Shown here: positions 47,833-55,931 of the stretch, one piece after another
How positions within the stretch are numbered: the first letter of the stretch is position 1
Layout: each line of letters opens with the position of its first letter
From: Candidatus Methylomirabilota bacterium
GTDB taxonomy: Bacteria > Methylomirabilota > Methylomirabilia > Methylomirabilales > 2-02-FULL-66-22
Direction of reading: 5' to 3'
Length of the DNA stretch: 64,000 bases
Assembly (NCBI GenBank): GCA_016209735.1
Contig: JACQVN010000009.1
Coordinates: 30,381 to 94,380 of the forward strand
The notes under the pieces: generated by a model
The model's database searches: none
What the model was told of the DNA's origin: nothing
What the model saw: only the letters and a program-made list of their open reading frames with translations
Position numbers and translations under genes: made by a program

Positions 47833-48453
47833 ATGCCACGTCGCCCTGACCGGCCGCTGCCCCCGCCACACTTGGTTTTCCCCGCGCTTTTTGGTGAAGC
47901 TGCTCAAGATGAGCGGCCGATGGATGCAGGCACGCGTGAAAGATTCTCCGACGCCTGCATAGAGGGCCTGCTGTCCCGCCTGGAAGCCAAGGATGACAAG
48001 GAGAAATTCCTCCGGGAGCTGATACCTGAGTTGCAACGGAGATTTGAACGGGGAATCACCGGGGGGGCGGTTTACCGTATTCTTCGACACGCAAAGCCCG
48101 CCCGCAAGAACGAACGCCCTAGCTGCAAGCCTGGCCTGCTACTCTATCACTACGCCCTAGCGGAGAAATTGCTGAGGGGCATTCTCGTTTCAAATCGGCA
48201 AGCAGCAAAACGCGCAGACGCTCTAGTGAAATACGCCGATGCACTCAATACACGCCTGAATGAGGAGTATCGCTGCGACGACTGCGGACGCAAAACCATT
48301 CCTCCAGACGACTTCAGAGAATGGGCTCTCAGGAAACATACAGAGCGGGAGATAATCCTGAAGCTCTTGGCCTACCACCACCACGGCTTTTCTCCCGACA
48401 GCCTGCGCCGGCTACTCGACAAGGCCGCTCAACAGAATCGGCCTCTCCGCTGA
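47833..48453 (+). CDS. Hypothetical protein (island-borne)
   Basis: ATG preceded by GGGAGGAG. 206 aa, with a CDDCGRK motif. GC is lower than the chromosome in its 3' half. Confidence 0.4.
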   Translation: MPRRPDRPLPPPHLVFPALFGEAAQDERPMDAGTRERFSDACIEGLLSRLEAKDDKEKFLRELIPELQRRFERGITGGAVYRILRHAKPARKNERPSCKPGLLLYHYALAEKLLRGILVSNRQAAKRADALVKYADALNTRLNEEYRCDDCGRKTIPPDDFREWALRKHTEREIILKLLAYHHHGFSPDSLRRLLDKAAQQNRPLR

Positions 48454-48582
48454 CAATCTCGCTACTTATTTGATACGCGAAGCTTCCTGAAAAAGTCGCC
48501 AAACCTGGTTTGTGCGCCACGTACCCTTCGTGCAGGCACCATTTGCAGATTATCACGGTTTGCCGCATGGAGGAGACAAGCG

Positions 48583-48783
48583 ATGGATTACATCACGGTT
48601 GACGAGGCTGCTGAACTGACGGGATGGACACGGGCCACATTGTATTCGAAAGCGAGCAGAAGGCAGATCCCGAGCTACCGGATAGGACGGTCCTTGCGTT
48701 TTCGTCGGCAGGACATGCTAAACCTGTTCAGGCCCCGCCCCGCCCTGCGCCCGCTGGCCGACAAGGAAGGGGGCGAGTCATGA
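48583..48783 (+). CDS. Excisionase-family / MerR-like helix-turn-helix DNA-binding protein
   Basis: ITVDEAAELTGWTRATLYSKASRRQIPSYRIGRSLRFRRQDM matches the excisionase-type HTH pattern. GGAGGAG RBS. The stop overlaps the next start. Confidence 0.7.
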   Translation: MDYITVDEAAELTGWTRATLYSKASRRQIPSYRIGRSLRFRRQDMLNLFRPRPALRPLADKEGGES

Positions 48784-50843
48784 GCGCCCCCACCATTGCC
48801 CCCACGAAGACCAAGACGCACCTTGACGCGGCTCTTGACTATCATGCACTCGACTGGACCGTCATTCCGGTGAGTGCCGACAAGAAACCCCTAGACTTCA
48901 TAAAGTGGGGACGCTGGCGCAACCAGCGCCAAACCGAGGCCGAGGTGCGGGCCCTGCCGTGGCATCGGGCCTATGGTATCGCCCTACTTACCTGGCCCGT
49001 CTCCGACTTGGTGGTGGCGGACTTCGACGGTCCGCACGCCGAGGAAGCGTGGCAGGTGAAAGGCAAGCCGCTCCCCGACACGGCGCGGACCCGCACTAGG
49101 AGCGGGGGGAAGCACCTGGTTTATCATCCCCCCGCTGGCATCGAGCAGTTCACGGACGACAACGGCGGAAAGCCCAAGCGCAAAATACGACTGATCGAGG
49201 CCGACTGCGACTGCATGAAGGACGGCCACCCGAAACCGTGCGGGGTGGATGTTCTGGTCAACGGCTATTTCATTGTTCCGCCGTCTCCGGGGTATGTGGA
49301 GGACCCTGACTGGCCCCTTGAACCCACGAACATTGTCACCATCCCGCACGAAGTCTTAGACCTTGCCCGTGGGACTCAGGGTTCGCCCAGGAAAGCGGAG
49401 GTGTCATCCGAGCCTAATTGGTACGGGGAGGCCATGCGGGGGCCCGTCCCGCAGGGTCAGCGGAACGAAACTGCCACCCGGCTGGCAGGACTGCTACTTG
49501 CGAAGGGGTTGAGCGCCGACTATGTGACGGACACCTTGACCCCGTGGGCTGAGCGAACATGCGCCCCGCCGATGGACCTGCGCGAGCTGCGGGCCACGGT
49601 GCAGAGCGTGGCGCGGCGGGAAGCCACCAAGCCCACGTTTGCCGATGAGCCCGACCCGGAGCCGAGCGACACGGTGCTAGGGCGGTTCCCTGAGAAAGCA
49701 TGGCGCGGCATCTTTGCCACCTACCGCGAGGCCATGCGGGAGGCCACCCACGCGCCCGAGGTGGCGATCTTCACCGGGTTGTGGGCAGCGGCAGCGGCAA
49801 GCCTGGCCCGCCGTGTCCACTTCTACCTCGGCATGGAGATATTTCCCAATGTGGCCCTCGCGGTGTACGGCGACACAGGCGACGGCAAGACGACCGGGAC
49901 ACGCCACGGGGTAGACCGGCTGCGCCTCCTGGGCGATCACGTCGGCGTGCTGCGTGGAAGCGGTAGCGGCGAGGCGGTGGTGGACTGGCTGCGCGGCGAA
50001 AAGGACGCTCACTTGTGGTACGCCGAAGAATACTCCGAGATCCTGATCCGGGCCGGGTGGGACGGGGCCACGATCAAGAGCACGATCACCACCCTGTACG
50101 ACTGCCCTGAGACGTTCGAGTTGAAATTCCGGCGCGACAAAGACGCTACGCCACTCACTAGGCCGACGCTCAACCTGTTGGTCTGCACGACGCCGGCGAC
50201 GTTCTGGAAATACCTGCGGGACGACGATATAGAAAGCGGGTTCGGCAACCGCTGGCTGTACCTGGCAGGGGACCAGCGCCCGACCATCCCACGGCCCGCC
50301 CGCCCGGATGAAAAATTGCTGGCCGTGGTGGAAGAGGCCCTGGCGCGGCTCACCGGGTTGACCCCGACCGAGTGCGCCCTGGCGCCCGACGCGGAACCGC
50401 TTTGGGATGAATTCTACCGGGCGTGGGAAGCGGAGAAGCTGCAACCATTGACCCGCATGGCAGCCAAGCGGGTGCCGCAGTATGTCCTGAAACTGGCCAT
50501 GCTGTACGCGGCCCTTGAGGGGACGGTGCCCACCCTGACGGCCGAGCAATTGGTGGCGGCGATCATGGTAGGGAAGTATGCGACCGACTGCGCGGACCGG
50601 CTCATGCGGGACCTAAAGCCTGGGGGGTTTCGGAACCGGCTGGAGATCCGCGTTCAGGAGATCCTGAAACACGATCCACTGCCCATGTACAAGATCCAGC
50701 GTCAGGTGGGGGGCAACGTGGCGGTGGAAGATCTTGACCGGACGATCCGGGCGCTGGACCGGGCGGGAATGATCGAGGTGATAGGCAAAACACCGAAGCA
50801 ACTGCCCGTCTGGGGCCGGGTGGGGGTGGACTATGGGAAATAG
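48780..50843 (+). CDS. Bifunctional primase-polymerase (Prim-Pol) with PriCT-like and P-loop helicase (DUF3987-like) domains
   Basis: W.VIPV...KKP...W, VVADFDG (DxD), SGGKHLVY, GQRNETATRLAGLLLAKG (PriCT-like), and the Walker A-like GDTGDGKTT. Confidence 0.8.
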   Translation: MSAPTIAPTKTKTHLDAALDYHALDWTVIPVSADKKPLDFIKWGRWRNQRQTEAEVRALPWHRAYGIALLTWPVSDLVVADFDGPHAEEAWQVKGKPLPDTARTRTRSGGKHLVYHPPAGIEQFTDDNGGKPKRKIRLIEADCDCMKDGHPKPCGVDVLVNGYFIVPPSPGYVEDPDWPLEPTNIVTIPHEVLDLARGTQGSPRKAEVSSEPNWYGEAMRGPVPQGQRNETATRLAGLLLAKGLSADYVTDTLTPWAERTCAPPMDLRELRATVQSVARREATKPTFADEPDPEPSDTVLGRFPEKAWRGIFATYREAMREATHAPEVAIFTGLWAAAAASLARRVHFYLGMEIFPNVALAVYGDTGDGKTTGTRHGVDRLRLLGDHVGVLRGSGSGEAVVDWLRGEKDAHLWYAEEYSEILIRAGWDGATIKSTITTLYDCPETFELKFRRDKDATPLTRPTLNLLVCTTPATFWKYLRDDDIESGFGNRWLYLAGDQRPTIPRPARPDEKLLAVVEEALARLTGLTPTECALAPDAEPLWDEFYRAWEAEKLQPLTRMAAKRVPQYVLKLAMLYAALEGTVPTLTAEQLVAAIMVGKYATDCADRLMRDLKPGGFRNRLEIRVQEILKHDPLPMYKIQRQVGGNVAVEDLDRTIRALDRAGMIEVIGKTPKQLPVWGRVGVDYGK

Positions 50844-51255
50844 GCTACCAACCTACCAACCTGTAAGTGTGGTTGCCAACCGGGGTTCCGGGGTTGGCAG
50901 GTTGGCAACCATATCTCCGTTGCAAGCCCTGGTGGACCGATTGGAGAATGCGCCACCACCGGAAAGAGGATCGGGCGACCCCCTGGCCCTTCTCCTGGTG
51001 ACCCGACTTGACCATTTGGCCGAGCCGCTGGCGGTGGTGTCGTCTGTCCTGCGTGAGACCATATACCTGGTGGCGAATGATCGGCAGGCAGCGGCGGTCA
51101 GGGCGAAGGGCGGGACCCCGTACACCCCGCCCGAGGTGGCGATCCTGCGGGACCTGTACGCGGCGGTACGCCCCGAGGTGTGGGCCGAACGGTTGCGGCT
51201 GATCCACCAGGCCAAGCGCACATTTGATGGCGACGTGCGCGGGAGCGCGGCATGA
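50833..51255 (+). CDS. Hypothetical protein (start uncertain; the 5' end overlaps a cluster of CCAACC iterons)
   Basis: 140-aa ORF with no motif recognised. Confidence 0.3.
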   Translation: MGNRLPTYQPVSVVANRGSGVGRLATISPLQALVDRLENAPPPERGSGDPLALLLVTRLDHLAEPLAVVSSVLRETIYLVANDRQAAAVRAKGGTPYTPPEVAILRDLYAAVRPEVWAERLRLIHQAKRTFDGDVRGSAA

Positions 51256-51301
51256 GAAGCGAGGCGCGTCCACCCCCTCCGGGAGCGAAATGGTGAGCAA
51301 C

Positions 51302-52363
51302 CTACCTCAGAAGGTTTGGGAAAAAGCGGATGAGCAGCAACAAAAGGACACCCATTCCAATTGTGATGACCCAGACCCGAAGCGAGCGGAGAGCCCATGA
51401 CACGCTTTGAAGCTCACTCTGCACTTCGTCTCGAAACTCTACGAGGTTCTCATCTGCTGGAGGCTTTCGTGGCTCCCGCGACGTGGAAATAGCGGCTTCA
51501 CGGCATGCACTATCAGAATCTTCCCTCCCCAGTTTTAGGGTTTCCTTGTCGCGGAAGTCGCAGCTATAAAGGATTACCTGCCGGAGATCGGGGTCTTTCT
51601 GGGCTCGGTAGACCTTGGCCTTTGTCGAATCGGGCGCAACAACGGTTTCATAAATCGCACATGGTATCCCACTCTTGGCCGGCCACGTTCCGGCAAGCTC
51701 CCAGAGGCGCAAGAGGTATTGTTCGACCCCCCCGGCATAATCAATCAGGTGCTCGTCATAGCCGGTCTCGTCAATGAGCGTTTTCCTTCTTCGTTGAAAC
51801 TTGTTCTGTTTCACCAGGCTCTCGTTCGTGAGGTAGGCAACAATCAACCCCGTACGCTCTTTAGTGCTGATGCCAAGCTCTTTCTTCTGGTAGTCAAAGA
51901 GTTTCTCGATGAATAGTTCAGGTACTTCTGGATTCCGAACTAACGCGAGACGTTCCAAGGGGCTGGATCTCTGAAACCGCTCCCCGAAGTCCGACCAGAG
52001 CGCTGACAGGCCAGGGCAAATGACTTTGTTCTCAAGCAAACAAGCACGAACGAATGGGTCCGGATCGTTCTGAAGACGCCCCTCTAGGTTCCGTTCCGGG
52101 AGGCTGTATGTCAGCTTATCACCGTCGGAGTGACACTCACGGAAATCGAGGATCTTGCCATGGCGGGCGATCCATGCCCTAAGCTGTGGGTTTGGATCTT
52201 CGACGGCACGGAGCACGATCTCGTAAGGGGGCCCAATCAGAGGAGTTCTGTAGACCTTTCGTAACAGACGAATGCGGCCCACAACGTCAGACGCTTCGTA
52301 CTCCCGCCGCACTTCCTCCAGAGTGTAGGCATCATAGATTGAGTACCTCGTCAGCCTGTTCAT
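51302..52363 (-). CDS. HEAT/LRV-like repeat protein with a C-terminal transmembrane anchor (island cargo)
   Basis: Repeats EDPNPQLRAWIARH, NDPDPFVRACLLEN, VRNPEVPELFIE and KDPDLRQVILYS. C-terminal VWVITIGMGVLLLLLIRFF. Visibly lower GC than its surroundings. It is the only intact minus-strand gene in the window. Confidence 0.6.
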   Translation of the reverse strand: MNRLTRYSIYDAYTLEEVRREYEASDVVGRIRLLRKVYRTPLIGPPYEIVLRAVEDPNPQLRAWIARHGKILDFRECHSDGDKLTYSLPERNLEGRLQNDPDPFVRACLLENKVICPGLSALWSDFGERFQRSSPLERLALVRNPEVPELFIEKLFDYQKKELGISTKERTGLIVAYLTNESLVKQNKFQRRRKTLIDETGYDEHLIDYAGGVEQYLLRLWELAGTWPAKSGIPCAIYETVVAPDSTKAKVYRAQKDPDLRQVILYSCDFRDKETLKLGREDSDSACREAAISTSREPRKPPADENLVEFRDEVQSELQSVSWALRSLRVWVITIGMGVLLLLLIRFFPNLLR

Positions 52364-52519
52364 GGTCGCACCTCTCGGTGGATGGGAGTGAAGATGCGGC
52401 AGGTAATTCGGACCACGGTTACGGCCGGGACGTTATCAGGAGGCGGATGCCATGTCAAATATCCCCCTGGGGCAAGTTACCCCTTGACAGCGCAATAGAG
52501 AGTGCTTATGATAATAATC

Positions 52520-52771
52520 ATGCCACTCAAGACGATAGCGCAGCAAGTGCAAACCTGGCGGGAACACCGAGAGTTGAGTCAGCGGGCGCTGGCGAAAGCG
52601 GCGGGCGTGGCCCCGGTGTTGGTGCAGAAGATCGAGGCCGGGGCCATCGTTGACCCCCGCCTGTCCAGCCTGCGCAAGCTGGCGGGGGCCCTGGGCGTGA
52701 CGGTGGGCGAGTTGGTGGACGGGAGCCCGGCGAAGGCCAAGAAGCGGCCCACGAAGCGGGCCGGGAGGTAG
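52520..52771 (+). CDS. XRE-family helix-turn-helix transcriptional regulator
   Basis: WREHRELSQRALAKAAGVAPVLVQKIEAG...PRLSSLRKLAGALGVTVGELV. Lies immediately upstream of int and diverges from the cargo gene. Confidence 0.75.
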   Translation: MPLKTIAQQVQTWREHRELSQRALAKAAGVAPVLVQKIEAGAIVDPRLSSLRKLAGALGVTVGELVDGSPAKAKKRPTKRAGR

Positions 52772-54040
52772 GTGAACATGGACGCGAAGGCCGAGCACGT
52801 GATCGTGATCCCGGAAGCGTGGGCCGAGGCCCAAGTCAACGCCGTCGCCGTCGAAGTGGAGAAGCGGACGAAGCGGAAGGGGAAGAAGGAGGAGCCCCCC
52901 GCCAAGGTGCGCGGGGTGTTCTTCCGACCGAACGCGAACGGCCAAGTCAAGGACCATCTCGGCCGACTCGGAGACTGGTGGTGCCGCTACACCGACCTGG
53001 CTGGCATGGAGCATCGGGAGAAGGCCGGAAGCCGACCTGCAGCCATTGACTTGTACGGGCGGCGACGGTCGGAGGTACGCCAGGGGAAGCAATTCCCCGA
53101 GAGCCTGCGGAACCTGCGGAAAGCCTCACTGGCCGAAGTCTGCCACGACTACCTTGTGTCGCTGGCGGCGAACGGGCGGGACGCCAGGGGCCAAGCGGCG
53201 TTTCGACTATCCGAGGTGCAGAGCATTCTCGGTGCGGTTGCGGCGGAGACGGTGACGCCCCAGGAGATCGAGAAGCTGAAGGCGAAGTTGGCCGAGACTC
53301 CGGCCCGTGGGCGGAAGGATCCCCAGGACCCGAAGAAAGAGCGCCCCCGAGCCCCAGGCAGCGCAAACCGCTACCTGCAAGACCTCCGGGCGGCGTTCAA
53401 CGTGGCCCGACGCAACGGGAAGGTGGAGAAGAACCCCGTGGGTGACGTGCGGCTGCTGCGGGAGAACAACAAGCGCGTGCGGGAGATCACAGCCGACGAA
53501 GAAAAGGCCATCCTGACGGCGCTGGACCCCCAAGAGCGGCGGTTTCATACCGATCTGCGCCCGATGGTAAAGCTTCTGCTGGAGACCGGCCTACGGGCCG
53601 GCGAGGCGTGCCGCCTGCGCTGGCCTGACGTGGACTGGCGGGCCGAGGTGGCGACCCTGCCCAAGACGAAGGCCGGGGCGGCGCAGCATGCGGCCCTGAA
53701 CGCCGCTGCCCTGGCGATCCTCCGGGCCCTCGGCCCCCAGGGTGACGGTTACGTGTTCGCGTGGAAGGGCGGGCGGCCGTGGACGGTGGGCTACCTGACT
53801 CACGCCTTCCACAAGGCGGCCCTCAAGGCGGCCGTGGTGGACGTTCACCCTCACGACTGCCGCCACACGTTCGCCTGTCGGCGTCTGCGGGCCGGCGTGG
53901 ACATCTTCGCCGTGTCGAAGCTGCTCCGGCATGCATCGGTGACGATGAGTGAGCGGTACGCGCACCTTTCGCAAGCGGACCTGAAGGCGGCGGTTGAGCG
54001 TGCATCTCCGACGCCGACCGGCACTCCAACCGGCACCTGA
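52772..54040 (+). CDS. int: Tyrosine-type site-specific recombinase / integrase
   Basis: C-terminal catalytic region ...LLLETGLRAGEA (Arg I), HDCRHTFA (HxxR), and LLRHASVTMSERYAHL (catalytic Tyr). ATG 52778 is the more likely start. Confidence 0.9.
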   Translation: MNMDAKAEHVIVIPEAWAEAQVNAVAVEVEKRTKRKGKKEEPPAKVRGVFFRPNANGQVKDHLGRLGDWWCRYTDLAGMEHREKAGSRPAAIDLYGRRRSEVRQGKQFPESLRNLRKASLAEVCHDYLVSLAANGRDARGQAAFRLSEVQSILGAVAAETVTPQEIEKLKAKLAETPARGRKDPQDPKKERPRAPGSANRYLQDLRAAFNVARRNGKVEKNPVGDVRLLRENNKRVREITADEEKAILTALDPQERRFHTDLRPMVKLLLETGLRAGEACRLRWPDVDWRAEVATLPKTKAGAAQHAALNAAALAILRALGPQGDGYVFAWKGGRPWTVGYLTHAFHKAALKAAVVDVHPHDCRHTFACRRLRAGVDIFAVSKLLRHASVTMSERYAHLSQADLKAAVERASPTPTGTPTGT

Positions 54041-54094
54041 AAAACGGGGCGGCTGTAAATGCTTGCCATTGCGACGGTTCAAGAGATAGACCAT

Positions 54095-54143
54095 CCGGCT
54101 CATAACCGGACGGTCCCAGGTTCGAGTCCTGGTGGACCCACCA
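54095..54143 (+). repeat. attR: duplicated 3' half of tRNA(CAT)
   Basis: CCGGCTCATAACCGGACGGTCcCAGGTTCGAGTCCTGgTGGaCCCACCA. It has three differences from the tRNA, two of which are a compensatory T-stem pair swap. Confidence 0.85.
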
Positions 54144-54203
54144 CAGTCGCGTAAAATATGTACTTATGCTACCTTGCTCCTCAACGAACAAGTGGAGGTG
54201 CGT

Positions 54204-55208
54204 ATGCCCCGTGGCCCGCGACTGGATGCCCCCGGCGTTCTGCACCATGTCATGGTGCGAGGCCTGGATCGGCAGGTCATTTTCCGAGATGACCGGGACC
54301 GGGACGACTTTGTCGCGCGCCTCGCCGGTCTTGTTGAGGCAGGCGCGTGGACGATTTATGCCTGGACGCTTCTCCCAAATCACGCCCACCTGCTCGTGCG
54401 GACGGCCCGGCGTCCACTGGCACGTACCATGCGCTCGCTCCTCACCGGGTATGCGGGCACCTTCAATCGGCGGCATAAGCGGAGCGGACACCTCTTCCAG
54501 AACCGCTACAGATCCATCGTGGTCGAGGAAGATCCATACTTTCTCGAACTCGTCCGCTACCTCCACCTCAATCCATTGCGGGCCGCTATCGTCACTGACT
54601 GGCGGGCATTGGAGCGTTATCCGTATTGTGGGCACGGAGCGATCCTCGGGAAGCAGGAGGTTGACTGGCAGGAAACAAGTGCGGTCCTCCGCCAGTTCGC
54701 AGAGCGCCTGCCCACCGCGCGGGCACGATACCGGACCTTCGTGGCGGAGGGTGTCTCTCGCGGGCGACGGCATGATCTGATGGGGGGCGGCCTCATTCGT
54801 AGCGCTGGAGGGTGGGCCGCCGTAGCCGTCCTTCGCCGCGGGCGTGAGCGGTATGCAGGCGACGAACGGATTCTGGGCAGCAGTGAATTCGTCGAGACGT
54901 TGCGTGGGGAGATCGAGCGGACGGAAGCCGGGCGCCTGCACGCGAGGTGGCGCAAGCTCACCGCAGCTGCTCTGATAGCACGGATAGCTACTGCCGAGAA
55001 GGTCCCTGTGGAGCGTCTTCTGGGCTCGGGCAGGCCCCGGACAGTCTCTCGGATCCGTCGGGGCCTCGCCTACCTTTGGGTCGAGGAACTGGGCAGGAGC
55101 GGCCGGGCCCTTGCCCGGGAGCTTGGAATCTGTCCGGAAGCAATCTACCACGCGGCAGTGCGGGGACGGAAGGAAGCCGTGTATTGGCAAGCAATGCTGG
55201 AATCGTAA
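54204..55208 (+). CDS. IS200-like Y1/HUH transposase of the REP-associated (RAYT) type, with a C-terminal DnaA_C-like HTH
   Basis: HVM.RG..R..IF.DD.DR..F, the HUH motif LLPNHAHLLV, GHLFQNRY.S, and the catalytic Tyr region YFLELVRYLHLNP. The C-terminal RIRRGLAYLWVEELGRSGRALARELGI is HTH-like. GGAGG RBS. Confidence 0.75.
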   Translation: MPRGPRLDAPGVLHHVMVRGLDRQVIFRDDRDRDDFVARLAGLVEAGAWTIYAWTLLPNHAHLLVRTARRPLARTMRSLLTGYAGTFNRRHKRSGHLFQNRYRSIVVEEDPYFLELVRYLHLNPLRAAIVTDWRALERYPYCGHGAILGKQEVDWQETSAVLRQFAERLPTARARYRTFVAEGVSRGRRHDLMGGGLIRSAGGWAAVAVLRRGRERYAGDERILGSSEFVETLRGEIERTEAGRLHARWRKLTAAALIARIATAEKVPVERLLGSGRPRTVSRIRRGLAYLWVEELGRSGRALARELGICPEAIYHAAVRGRKEAVYWQAMLES

Positions 55209-55233
55209 AAGTACACATTGTACGCAACGTCCC

Positions 55234-55800
55234 CTATCCTCTGGCCGGCGCTCCGACTCGACTCCGGGGTCCGCGCCGCTCCCCGTACGTTCCCCAGCGC
55301 GGTTCCCGCACGAACGCGCGCTGCCACCTCTTGCAGGTCGCGCCGTCACCGAGGTGGTCCAACTCCTGCGCGGCGGCCACCTTGGGCTTGAGGTCGGCCG
55401 GGGGCGGCGCCGCCCTAGGCGGATGGCCCTGCGGCAGGATGCGGGCGCCGCGCACGGCGAGATCTTCTCGCCTGCGGGTTGGGGCCGCCGTGTACCGATC
55501 CGCGATGCCGCGGCCGCGGGTGTCGGTCGTTCCCACCGCTGGACCGTTCGAGCCAGGCGCCGTCCGGCCGTTCCCGGAAGACCCACGGGCTGGAGTTCTC
55601 GCCCCGGGGAAAGTCGAAGGCGTCGTCCGTCACCTCCGGGCCGGTCAACGCGGATTGGCACTCGACGGCCGCCTTGACGCCCCGGCCGCCGACGTGGTCG
55701 CCGGCGAATGCGGCGACACCCATTGCGGTCCCCTCGCGGGCGGAGGCGTATTCGCGATCGGCGGCGACGCGCCCCGAGCCGCGCACGATGACCGTCGCCG
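55234..55800 (-). pseudogene. Possible frameshifted remnant of a minus-strand gene (unknown family)
   Basis: Two abutting minus-strand frames (55415-55786 and 55234-55536) both show the high third-position GC typical of coding sequence here, and they switch near 55530. Confidence 0.3.
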
Positions 55801-55931
55801 GCTGGCGACCCGGGATTCCTCATGGCGCGATCGGCTTGACAGCTCTCACCGCGGATGGTAGCGTCCCCGCCGACATGCCATCGCGCGCCGCTGCTGGCCC
55901 CGTTTTTCGGACACCGGTGAGGGAGTGTGCT

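Larger units (their letters stand above)
47166..54094 (+). mobile_element. Integrated element (about 6.9 kb) in the 3' half of tRNA(CAT): int, XRE, xis-like HTH, prim-pol/helicase and cargo
   Basis: Bounded by 49-nt imperfect direct repeats (47117-47165 and 54095-54143; 46 of 49 identical). It has a tyrosine recombinase at the right end and lacks the repeat families that saturate the rest of the window. Confidence 0.8.
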
